Source of the DNA: Candidatus Levyibacteriota bacterium
GTDB lineage: Bacteria > Patescibacteriota > Microgenomatia > Levybacterales > UBA12049
Direction of reading: 5' to 3'
DNA: 64,000 bases
Assembly (NCBI GenBank): GCA_038254115.1
Contig: JBBSGK010000003.1
Location: 9,624-73,623 of the forward strand
A program made the translations under genes and the position numbers. Of this stretch, positions 27,694 to 36,427 are shown piece after piece. Under the pieces are notes generated by a model. The model worked only from the letters and a program-made list of their open reading frames with translations. It made no database searches and was not told the origin of the DNA. Position 1 is the first letter of the stretch. The number at the start of each line of letters is the position of its first letter.

Positions 27694-29069
27694 CATATAC
27701 ACGAAATACTATCTGGAATAAACGCCTACCAAGAGGACTGGGCTTTGCAGTGTTGCTCTTTGCGCTGGCAACAATTTTTTGGCTAAGCCGCAACGCAGTA
27801 TTGCTTGGGAGTAAGGCAGCAGCGGATAATACTCCCAAAGATCTACAAATAAGCAATATTACAAATAACACTTTTACTGTTTCATACCTTACTGATCAGA
27901 GTATTACCGGAAGCATAGCTTATGGAAATGATCCAAAATTTGGAAAAGTTGCATTTGATACCAGGGATACTACAACTCCTATGCCCCACATTATTCATTA
28001 TGCAACAGTAAAAGGGTTGTCGCCTTCAACCAAATATTTTTTCTCAATTGTTTCCGGCGATGCCTCTTTTTTAAAGAATGGAATTCCCTACGAAATTACG
28101 ACAGCAGCAGTTACTGCTACAGCATCTGCCCAGCAACCGATATCAGGAAAAGCAACCCTTGATGGGGGCAATATCCCAACCGAAGCAGTTGCTTATACAG
28201 AATCAGACAACTCCCAATTACTATCATCCCTTCTTCTACCTGGTGGGAGCTATAAACTTCCCCTTGATACAATACTTAAAAAAGATTTAACCGGAGGTTT
28301 GATTATTACTCCCTCTACAGTACTTCATATAAATATCGTTAATTCAACGCTTAAATCCCGTATTTCTACTCTGGCCTCCCAAACCAATCCAATTCCTCCG
28401 GTAATTCTTTCCAAGGACTATGATTTTAGCATAAGCAATGAACCTCTCTCGTCTCCATCTTCATCTGAGTCTGCTAAGATTTCAGGATTTCCAACGTCAG
28501 GGGACACTTCTCAACCAGTTCCGCAAATTTTAACTCCCCAAACATCACAGGAATTTAAAGATCAACAGCCTCAATTTAGCGGAAAGGCGCTTCCCGGGAA
28601 TGATGTTGAAATCACAATACAATCAAATCAGGAAATAACTACTACTGTTCAGGCAGACAACTCCGGTAATTGGAAGTACCGCCCGGACACAAAGCTTGCC
28701 CCAGGTCAACACACACTCACTATTAAAACCCTAGATGCATCAGGTATCATCAAAACACTTTCCCAATCATTTACAGTATTTGCTGAAGGCAGTCAGTTTG
28801 TTGAACCTTCTATTTCGCCATCGCTACTTCCATCGCCTACCGCAAGTCCAACTGCTGTTCCCACAATAGCCCCAACAAGTTCCCCCTCGGCAATTCCAAC
28901 GCCAATTGTGATCATAACAACTCCAATTGTTTCGACTCCGTCTGCGACTACTATACCCCACATCACAACTCCACCAATTCCAAAAAGCGGAAGCTCAGTC
29001 TTGACTTTTGGTATTATTGGAACTATTCTATCAATCGGGGTTGGGGGATTACTCTTCCTATTGCTCTAA
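27690..29069 (+). CDS. cell-surface protein with FN3-like (purple-acid-phosphatase-N-like) and bacterial Ig-like domains, S/T/P-rich stalk and C-terminal hydrophobic anchor
   Basis: N-terminal signal anchor; ISNITNNTFTVSYLTD...HYATVKGLSPSTKYFFSIV FN3-like; ALPGNDVEITIQ...NSGNWKYRPD...GQHTLTIKT Ig-like; PSPTASPTAVPT stalk; ends GIIGTILSIGVGGLLFLLL. Confidence 0.55.
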   Translation: MTYTRNTIWNKRLPRGLGFAVLLFALATIFWLSRNAVLLGSKAAADNTPKDLQISNITNNTFTVSYLTDQSITGSIAYGNDPKFGKVAFDTRDTTTPMPHIIHYATVKGLSPSTKYFFSIVSGDASFLKNGIPYEITTAAVTATASAQQPISGKATLDGGNIPTEAVAYTESDNSQLLSSLLLPGGSYKLPLDTILKKDLTGGLIITPSTVLHINIVNSTLKSRISTLASQTNPIPPVILSKDYDFSISNEPLSSPSSSESAKISGFPTSGDTSQPVPQILTPQTSQEFKDQQPQFSGKALPGNDVEITIQSNQEITTTVQADNSGNWKYRPDTKLAPGQHTLTIKTLDASGIIKTLSQSFTVFAEGSQFVEPSISPSLLPSPTASPTAVPTIAPTSSPSAIPTPIVIITTPIVSTPSATTIPHITTPPIPKSGSSVLTFGIIGTILSIGVGGLLFLLL

Positions 29070-29074
29070 ACTGG

Positions 29075-29138
29075 CTTCTAGCGTTTAGCGCTTAGCGTTT
29101 AGTTTTCTAGCCGCTAGGCCCTATACCCTAGACCCTAA
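29075..29138. repeat. second copy of the CTAG-rich heptamer element (CTAGCGT TTAGCGC TTAGCGT TTAGTTT TCTAGCC GCTAGGC CCTATAC CCTAGAC CCTAAAA)
   Basis: between the surface-protein gene and the oxidoreductase gene. Confidence 0.65.
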
Positions 29139-29141
29139 AAT

Positions 29142-30425
29142 ATGAAAGTAGCAATTATTGGCGCCGGCTTTACCGGTCTTACAGCAGCGTACCAGCTTAC
29201 TAAAAAAGGCCATGGTGTTACAGTATTTGAAAAAGACTCAAACCCCGGTGGACTGGCAATAGGTTATAAAGAGAGATCATGGAACTGGAGCCTTGAGAAG
29301 CATTACCACCACTGGTTCACGAATGATAAATTTATACTTAATTTGGCTGAGGAGATTGGACACAAAGTCCTTATAAAACGGCCAAAAACATCAGTATATA
29401 CTGAGGGCGAGATTTTTCAGTTTGATTCCCCCAAGGATGTTTTGCTCTTTCCAAAGTTATCCATTTTGGAGCGCTTGAGAATGGCAGCTGTTATAGGCGC
29501 TATGCGCTACAACCTTTTTTGGAAACCTCTTGAGAAAATAAATGCAAGCACTTTCCTTCCCAAAATGATGGGTAAAAATCCATACAAAATGATCTGGGAG
29601 CCACTTTTTGCCAATAAGTTTGGCGAGTACGCAACCGATGTTTCCCTTGCATGGTTTTGGGCCAGGATTACCAAACGCACTCCATCTCTTGCGTATCCTG
29701 AGGGAGGATTTCTGGATTTTGCCAATCACCTCGTATCAGTAATTCAAAAAAACGGAGGCAAAATATTTTTCAATACAGAAGTAACTGAAGTAAATGATAG
29801 CGACACAACATACGTTTCGTATCTATTACAAAACGGAAAAACTAAAACTGAAAATTTTGACGTTATCATATTTACCCTTCCCTCATTCCTTTTTATAAAA
29901 ATTACCAAAAATCTTCCGGATTCATATAAAGATAAACTGGTAAGACTAAAAGGGCTTGGCGCAACAAATCTTGTTTTGAGACTCAAAAAACCTTTCTTTA
30001 AAGACAACACTTACTGGCTAAGCGTTTGCGACAAAACCTCACCAGTCATGGCAGTTGTGGAGCATACCAACATGATGGACAAAAAAAATTACAACAACGA
30101 GCACCTTCTGTATCTCGGCAATTATTTGCCTGCCGATAGCCCGGAATTTCTGATGGGTAAAGAGCAAAAGCTACAATTATTTGATCCGTTCCTTAAAAAA
30201 TTAAATCCGGATTACAAGAAAAGTTTGATTGGATATGAGCTCTTTAAGGCACCCTTTGCCCAACCAATTATCCCGACAAATTATTCAAAAATGGTACCGG
30301 CAATGAAAACACCTCTTAAAAATGTTTTTCTTGCGAATATAGAGCAAGTTTATCCGTGGGATAGGGGTACCAATTATGCGGTTGAGCTGGGAGAAAAAGT
30401 AGCAGAATTAGTTGAGGATGAGTAA
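29142..30425 (+). CDS. FAD-dependent oxidoreductase (amine oxidase / protoporphyrinogen oxidase / UDP-galactopyranose mutase-like Rossmann family)
   Basis: MKVAIIGAGFTGLTAAYQL dinucleotide-binding motif followed by E(x)GG motif (FEKDSNPGGLA). Confidence 0.75.
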   Translation: MKVAIIGAGFTGLTAAYQLTKKGHGVTVFEKDSNPGGLAIGYKERSWNWSLEKHYHHWFTNDKFILNLAEEIGHKVLIKRPKTSVYTEGEIFQFDSPKDVLLFPKLSILERLRMAAVIGAMRYNLFWKPLEKINASTFLPKMMGKNPYKMIWEPLFANKFGEYATDVSLAWFWARITKRTPSLAYPEGGFLDFANHLVSVIQKNGGKIFFNTEVTEVNDSDTTYVSYLLQNGKTKTENFDVIIFTLPSFLFIKITKNLPDSYKDKLVRLKGLGATNLVLRLKKPFFKDNTYWLSVCDKTSPVMAVVEHTNMMDKKNYNNEHLLYLGNYLPADSPEFLMGKEQKLQLFDPFLKKLNPDYKKSLIGYELFKAPFAQPIIPTNYSKMVPAMKTPLKNVFLANIEQVYPWDRGTNYAVELGEKVAELVEDE

Positions 30426-30435
30426 TGTTTGGTAT

Positions 30436-31251
30436 TTAAATACGCTGTGGCCGGAAAAAAATTAACGCAGTTGCTGCCCCAATATGGGGAACGTGTATAC
30501 CGCCGTGCCTCTCAGAAGCCAAAAATGGTCCGTCTGGATCAAGACGGCCGACCGCTGTCCTGTAGCTGCTCGAGGGATCATCCAGAACCGCAGTAAAACT
30601 ATCTGCAGGAAAGAGTCCCCGCCCATCGTTTCTATCAGCGCATTCCATATCTGCTGCTGCCCAAAATGTGGCAGGAAGAAGTACTTTTTTAATTCCTTCT
30701 AAATGTGGCTCAACCTCCTCCTTAGAGTCATCTTCAGTCCTGTTCAGTTGGGTTGTAAGAGATTGCCCAAAACTTCGTTGCAGAAATAGATCGGTCCGAT
30801 GAACAGCGATTATTGTTTCAACCGGTGGACAATAATCTCTTAAATCTGATTCTCCCATTCTAGTAAAGTACGCTAGGTCATCACTCGGAAAATGACCTGG
30901 TTTTTTAGCAATACGCTCGCCGAGGGTTAGCCTGTCGACAAAAAAAAGGTCAAAATGGGGTTCAAGGATTTTCCTCTCATCACGGGTAGGCATTCGGGCC
31001 CGCTTTAGCAGTCTATATATATTGTCGCGAACCTCAAGGGCTGATTCTTTTTCTTTTTCTGAATCTTCATGATCTTGGCCTTCATCCTTAGTCAAATTAC
31101 TTATTGCGAGTCCTACCCTGTGCCTCCACTCTGGTGTTGAACCTTTCATTTTACGCACATCTTGGAGGGTTCTCCGTACTCTCACTGCTGCTTTTTCCAT
31201 CGCTGTTGGAACTGGTAACTCCCTATGCTCAACGGTCATTAAGCAAATCAT
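30436..31251 (-). CDS. hypothetical protein encoded in a GC-rich (about 50%) segment
   Basis: 271-aa ORF; no recognised motifs; GC much higher than neighbouring genes; convergent with the oxidoreductase gene. Confidence 0.45.
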   Translation of the reverse strand: MICLMTVEHRELPVPTAMEKAAVRVRRTLQDVRKMKGSTPEWRHRVGLAISNLTKDEGQDHEDSEKEKESALEVRDNIYRLLKRARMPTRDERKILEPHFDLFFVDRLTLGERIAKKPGHFPSDDLAYFTRMGESDLRDYCPPVETIIAVHRTDLFLQRSFGQSLTTQLNRTEDDSKEEVEPHLEGIKKVLLPATFWAAADMECADRNDGRGLFPADSFTAVLDDPSSSYRTAVGRLDPDGPFLASERHGGIHVPHIGAATALIFFRPQRI

Positions 31252-31304
31252 ACACTACTATAAGTCATTTGTCAACGGAGGTCAAAGCAATTACAATTAA
31301 TATT

Positions 31305-32951
31305 GTGTCTAGTTTGCTGAAAACTCATAAAGCTGCCTTTGGTGTCGCTTTTCTTATATTAATCGGCGCGTTTCTCCGTTGCTATAATTTAAATTGGGGG
31401 GCTCCATTTTATTTCCATCCGGATGAGCGCAATATCGCATCAAGCATTACTCAGCTTGTATTCCCGACTCAGATGAACCCTCATTTTTTTGCATACGGCT
31501 CTTTGCCAATCTACATCATTTATTTTAGCGGTATGGTTACGAATTTTTTTTCTTCGTGTCACTTATCAATTACAAATTGCAAATTGTATAATGTCGAATT
31601 TGGGCACGCAATAATTATCAGCCGTTTTTATTCTGCTTTATTCTCCACCTTACTTATTCCTTTTATTTTTCTACTTGGAAAAAAAATGCACGGTCCCAAA
31701 ACAGGCCTTACAGCAGCTTTCCTTGCAACCTTTAGCGCAGGATTTATTCAGTTTGCCCACTTCGGAACCTTTGAAATGTGGCTTACATTTTTCAGTGTTC
31801 TCCTTTTTTGGTTTTGCCTTGAAGAATTAAATAAAAAAAATATCCATCACCTTTTTATTCTGCCAGCTATTTTTGCAATACTTTTGGCAATCAAAGTATC
31901 GTCCATTGCGCTACTGCCTCTTCCGCTTCTTATGATACTAATAAAAAAGCAAAACTCCTCCAAAAAACTTAAAGAGATAATTTTATTTATTGTTACTTTA
32001 TCGATAGTTTACGCAGTGACCAATCCTTTCGTCTTTTTGACAACACAAGAATTTCTCTCAAGTATAAGATATGAAGGCGGCGTTGTATTGGGCACGCTGG
32101 ACGTTTTCTACACACAATCTTTTTATAACACTATGCCAATAGTTTTCCAATTTCTCAATATTTTCCCATTTCTATTAAATCCTCTTTTTACTATTATATT
32201 CATCCCTGCCTTTTTTTATCTAATCTATAAAGGGATTAAAACAAAAAACCTATTGTTTTTATTTCTTATTTCTTACTTCTTACTTCTTTTCCTCCCCCAA
32301 GCTTTTCTTTTTGCGAAATGGACACGATACATGGTGCCGACATTGCCATTTATCTACCTTATAGTTGCAATAGCATCTATTGATTTTCTCAATATGTTAT
32401 CTAAATCCAAACGAGTATTTAGTATAAAGTATTTCGTATTAAGTATTTTCATATTGTTCACTATTGCATTCGGGATTTCTTATTTCATAACCGCATTTGT
32501 AAAACCTGATACCCGAATCGAAGCAGGCAAATTTACTCAAGCCAAAATCCAGCAAACCAGAAGAGTTTTGACTGAGCCTTATGACTTAGGAATAATCCCT
32601 TTCAATTCCCATCTCCAATATATTAACTCATTCAATTTCTACAATTTGGATCCAGAAAATAATGCTTTAAATGAAGAACTAAAAACAAAAATTTTCCAAT
32701 CTGACTATATTATATTACCAAGCCAAAGGCTTTTAAAATCCCGTTTATTAAATCCAAATAAATTCCGAAAAGGTCATGGAATTTACTCTTTATTAACAAA
32801 AGAGGCGCTTGGCTACCAAAAAATTTATGAAACACCTTGTGATATTTTCTGCAAAATCACTTACCTAAATAGTCCGGTTTTTTCATTTGAGGAGACAGCA
32901 AGTGTATTTGAAAGACCCACTGTTTTTATATTTAAAAAAGTTGCCAAATGA
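31305..32951 (+). CDS. GT-C superfamily membrane glycosyltransferase (ArnT/PMT, GT39/GT83-like)
   Basis: multi-TM; N-terminal NWGAPFYFHPDERNIAS loop paralogous to the next gene; start set at in-frame GTG 31305 because ORF-track start 31104 would overlap the convergent gene. Confidence 0.55.
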   Translation: MSSLLKTHKAAFGVAFLILIGAFLRCYNLNWGAPFYFHPDERNIASSITQLVFPTQMNPHFFAYGSLPIYIIYFSGMVTNFFSSCHLSITNCKLYNVEFGHAIIISRFYSALFSTLLIPFIFLLGKKMHGPKTGLTAAFLATFSAGFIQFAHFGTFEMWLTFFSVLLFWFCLEELNKKNIHHLFILPAIFAILLAIKVSSIALLPLPLLMILIKKQNSSKKLKEIILFIVTLSIVYAVTNPFVFLTTQEFLSSIRYEGGVVLGTLDVFYTQSFYNTMPIVFQFLNIFPFLLNPLFTIIFIPAFFYLIYKGIKTKNLLFLFLISYFLLLFLPQAFLFAKWTRYMVPTLPFIYLIVAIASIDFLNMLSKSKRVFSIKYFVLSIFILFTIAFGISYFITAFVKPDTRIEAGKFTQAKIQQTRRVLTEPYDLGIIPFNSHLQYINSFNFYNLDPENNALNEELKTKIFQSDYIILPSQRLLKSRLLNPNKFRKGHGIYSLLTKEALGYQKIYETPCDIFCKITYLNSPVFSFEETASVFERPTVFIFKKVAK

Positions 32952-34684
32952 AACTTATATTTTCAAAAGAAAAATTGATTTTATTCTTAATCCTAATTCT
33001 TGCCGCTTTTTTCCGCTTCTATAACGTCAATTGGGATGGCGGACACCAACTGCATCCTGACGAGAGGGCTATTGTCATGACAGTTGATAAGCTTCAAATT
33101 CCAAAAAACTTTTCTGATTTTTTGAGACCGGAAAGCTCGTGGAATCCGAAATTTTTTGCTTATGGTAGTTTTCCGATGTATCTACTTTTTGCTACAGGAA
33201 ACATTGCCGGTATTTTCAATCCGCTGCTTGCGCACTACGGTTCAATTAACCTAATCGGGCGGATACTCTCAGCTTTTGCGGATATTGTTACGGTTTTTTT
33301 GATTTTCAAAATTTCACGCAAACTTTTTAATTCCTCAATTGGTTACCTAGCAGCATTTTTTTATACTGTAAGCGTTCTACCCATTCAGCTTTCGCATTTT
33401 TTTGCTGTCGATACCTTATTAACCTGCTTTATAACTGCAACTCTTTATTTGCTGATCTTGTTTTATGAAAAACCCACATCTTATAAATCTCTCCTAATTG
33501 GTCTTTTTTTCGGCCTTGCGCTTGCCACCAAAATTAGCGCGCTGGTTTTATTGGTTTCAATAGGTACTGCGCTTATTGCCGATTTTATTCTGATTTTTAT
33601 AAAAAATCCCCATAAGCCAACGCATTGGTTGCCGAATTTGCCTGCTTTTTTAAAACACCTACTGCAATACGCGTTTCTTATTTTCTCAACTACTTTTATT
33701 GCTTTTATTTTTTTTGAGCCTTATGCCGTAATTGATTTTAAAAATTTTTGGGTCCAAACGCTCCAGCAATCGGCATTGACCAAGGATCCTTTTTACTTTC
33801 CATACACCCTTCAATATGTCGGTAAAATCCCCTATGCCTATGAATTCAAAAATGTTTTTCTTTGGGGACTTGGGCCAGTATTGGGAATACTAACGTTACT
33901 GGGAATGTTTTATTTTATTTATCTAAATTTTAAAAAAGGCCGGAGCCCACAGTTTACAAAGGCATTAATTATCTTAATATTTGTGGTTTCTTATGTTGCT
34001 GTTGTTGGCCGCTTTGCCGTTGGATTTATGCGCTATATGTTACCCGTATATCCTTTTTTTGCCCTCTTTGCATCTTTGCCCTCCTACCACTTTTATCAAA
34101 TTCTAAATAACCGCATAAAAAATATTTACACGCTTTTGGTTATTAGTTATTTGTTATTCGTTATTGTTTTAATCTGGCCTCTTAGCTTTATGCATATATA
34201 TAGCAAAAATAATACCAGAGTTGATGCCACTCTCTGGATAAATCAATTCATTCCGAAAGGCAAAACTGTGGCAATTGAACATTGGGACGATGGATTACCT
34301 CTGACTGATCAATCAAACTATAACATCCTTACATTGACTCTGTATGACCCTGATACGCAGCAAAAGTGGGAAACGATCAATCAACAGCTTAGGCATTCTG
34401 ACTACATAATTATAGCCTCAAATAGACTCTATACTCCTCTTCTGAGATTAACAGATTGTCAAGCACTACCACCTGATAGATGCTATCCTAAAACTTCTGC
34501 TTATTATAAAGATCTATTTGCTGAAAAACTTGGATTTCAAAAAGTTGCTGAATTCACAAACTATCCAACTGTTCCTATGCTAAATCTTCCTATAGATGAT
34601 CAGGTTGCAGACGAATCTTTTACTGTCTACGATCATCCAAAAGTAATGATCTTTCAAAAAACTGCCTCTCGTAGTAGAATATAG
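32948..34684 (+). CDS. GT-C superfamily membrane glycosyltransferase, paralogue of the preceding gene
   Basis: 578 aa, >10 TM; YNVNWDGGHQLHPDERAIVM loop motif; 4-nt overlap with upstream gene. Confidence 0.55.
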   Translation: MKLIFSKEKLILFLILILAAFFRFYNVNWDGGHQLHPDERAIVMTVDKLQIPKNFSDFLRPESSWNPKFFAYGSFPMYLLFATGNIAGIFNPLLAHYGSINLIGRILSAFADIVTVFLIFKISRKLFNSSIGYLAAFFYTVSVLPIQLSHFFAVDTLLTCFITATLYLLILFYEKPTSYKSLLIGLFFGLALATKISALVLLVSIGTALIADFILIFIKNPHKPTHWLPNLPAFLKHLLQYAFLIFSTTFIAFIFFEPYAVIDFKNFWVQTLQQSALTKDPFYFPYTLQYVGKIPYAYEFKNVFLWGLGPVLGILTLLGMFYFIYLNFKKGRSPQFTKALIILIFVVSYVAVVGRFAVGFMRYMLPVYPFFALFASLPSYHFYQILNNRIKNIYTLLVISYLLFVIVLIWPLSFMHIYSKNNTRVDATLWINQFIPKGKTVAIEHWDDGLPLTDQSNYNILTLTLYDPDTQQKWETINQQLRHSDYIIIASNRLYTPLLRLTDCQALPPDRCYPKTSAYYKDLFAEKLGFQKVAEFTNYPTVPMLNLPIDDQVADESFTVYDHPKVMIFQKTASRSRI

Positions 34685-34687
34685 GCA

Positions 34688-35725
34688 ATGATTAAAAAGG
34701 TCCTCATTACCGGCGGAACCGGATTTTTGGGTGTCCATCTGGCAAGATATTTATTAAAAAAAGGCTATAAGGTTACGCTTTTTGACTTAAGCGAGCTGGA
34801 TGCGAAAGATCTAATTGGAAAAGTAAATGTAATATTAGGCGACATAAGAAATAGTAAAGCAGTCGACAAAGCGCTTACAGGACAAGATTATGTTGTTCAT
34901 GCTGCTGCTGCCCTACCAATACAACTGGATAAAAAAATAATCTTCGGTGTAAATATTGACGGCACAAAAAATATCCTAAGAGCAGCTCTTAAAAATAAGG
35001 CTAAGCGCTTGGTCTTTATTTCATCAACCGCAGTTTATGGTGTCCCAAAACATCTTCCCGAAACAGAAACAGCACCGCTTGATCCAATAGGTAATTATGG
35101 GGTCTCAAAAATTGAGGGAGAAAAACTATGTTTGGAGTATCAGAAAAAGGGATTACAAGTAAATATTATCCGCCCCAAAACTTTTTTGGGAACGGAAAGG
35201 CTCGGGGTATTTGAATTATGGTTTGAGGCTATATACAGCAATAAAAGAGTATTTATTTTGGGCGATGGACATAATAAATACCAACTTCTTGCAGTGACAG
35301 ATGTCATAGCTGCAATAGAAAAAGCTTTAATTTCAAAGGCAAATGGAGAAATATTCAATATCGGAGCAGAAAAATTTGGGACCTGGAGATCGGATCTTGG
35401 CTTTGTCGTAAAACATGCAAAATCAAAATCAAAAATCACCTCGCTCCCAACTCTGCCTTCTCAACTTATTTTACAATTGCTTGAGACACTTAGACTTTCG
35501 CCAATTGCCGCTTGGCATTACAAAACCATGCCTGTTGACTCGTATGTTTCAATTGATAAAGCAAAAAAGCTTCTAAAATGGGCTCCTAAAAAATCAAATC
35601 AGGATTTGTTCCTTGAAAGTTACATATGGTATAAACAAAACAGAGGGAAAGTTTTGGGCCGGACCGGCAACACGCATAGAGTCGGCTGGAATTTTAAGAT
35701 ACTCAATTTAATTTCAAGGTTTTAG
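34688..35725 (+). CDS. NAD-dependent sugar epimerase/dehydratase (extended SDR)
   Basis: VLITGGTGFLGVHL Rossmann motif; YGVSK catalytic YxxxK. Confidence 0.85.
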   Translation: MIKKVLITGGTGFLGVHLARYLLKKGYKVTLFDLSELDAKDLIGKVNVILGDIRNSKAVDKALTGQDYVVHAAAALPIQLDKKIIFGVNIDGTKNILRAALKNKAKRLVFISSTAVYGVPKHLPETETAPLDPIGNYGVSKIEGEKLCLEYQKKGLQVNIIRPKTFLGTERLGVFELWFEAIYSNKRVFILGDGHNKYQLLAVTDVIAAIEKALISKANGEIFNIGAEKFGTWRSDLGFVVKHAKSKSKITSLPTLPSQLILQLLETLRLSPIAAWHYKTMPVDSYVSIDKAKKLLKWAPKKSNQDLFLESYIWYKQNRGKVLGRTGNTHRVGWNFKILNLISRF

Positions 35726-35736
35726 GCTTCAGCAAT

Positions 35737-36312
35737 ATGAATATTGGTTTTGATTTAGATAAAATTTTTATTGATTATCCGCCTTTTGTGTCACCCCGTG
35801 TAATGGACAAACTTTATAAAAAGAAGGACAACGGCGTACTGCTTTATAGAATCCCGTCTTACCCTGAGCAGCTATTAAGACGCGCATCTCACATGCCATT
35901 TCTTAGGCCTGCAATTAAACAAAATTTGGAGTTTCTAAGAAGAATTTCTAAAAAAGATAATAAGCTCTATCTTATATCTAGCCGTTTTAAGTTCCTCGAG
36001 AAACGTACTGCCAAGCTCATAAAGCGGTACGAATTAGATCAAATATTTGATGAGATGTTTTTTAACTATGCCAACTTTCAGCCCCATATCTTCAAGCAGG
36101 AAATTATCAACAACTTGAATCTTGATATCTATGTGGATGATGACCTTTCTTTAATAAGGCACGCAGCAAAAACTAATGTTAAAACTAAATTCTTCTGGCT
36201 AAATACTTTCGGGGAAAAACATATTTTGCCCCAAAACATATTCGAAATCTCAACACTCGAAGAAATATTTAAATTACAAAATCAGAAATCCGAATATCGA
36301 AATCCGAAATAA
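35737..36312 (+). CDS. HAD-superfamily-like hydrolase (tentative)
   Basis: N-terminal GFDLDKIF resembles HAD motif I (DxD); YVDDD near C-terminus resembles motif IV; 3' end encoded by a CCGAAAT heptamer array. Confidence 0.35.
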   Translation: MNIGFDLDKIFIDYPPFVSPRVMDKLYKKKDNGVLLYRIPSYPEQLLRRASHMPFLRPAIKQNLEFLRRISKKDNKLYLISSRFKFLEKRTAKLIKRYELDQIFDEMFFNYANFQPHIFKQEIINNLNLDIYVDDDLSLIRHAAKTNVKTKFFWLNTFGEKHILPQNIFEISTLEEIFKLQNQKSEYRNPK

Positions 36313-36420
36313 TTTTCGTAATTACAATTTCATAACTGTTGAATGATTTGAGGATTTGAGATTGTTTCGAATTCCTGCCTGCCGGAAGGCAAGGTCGAGC
36401 TTTGTGCTTCGAATTTGAGT
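36283..36420. repeat. heptamer arrays (CAGAAAT CCGAATA TCGAAAT CCGAAAT; ATTTGAG units) plus a GC-rich bulged hairpin (36378-36394) in the HAD-like/DUF2298 spacer
   Basis: first array encodes the C-terminus of the HAD-like gene. Confidence 0.55.
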
Positions 36421-36427
36421 ATAACTT

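Noticed and set aside
31104-31304. N-terminal 67 codons of the ORF-track version of the first glycosyltransferase
   Set aside because: Would overlap the convergent GC-rich gene by about 150 nt; the paralogue alignment places the true N-terminus near SSLLKTHK, so the start was moved to in-frame GTG 31305 (alternative TTG 31314).
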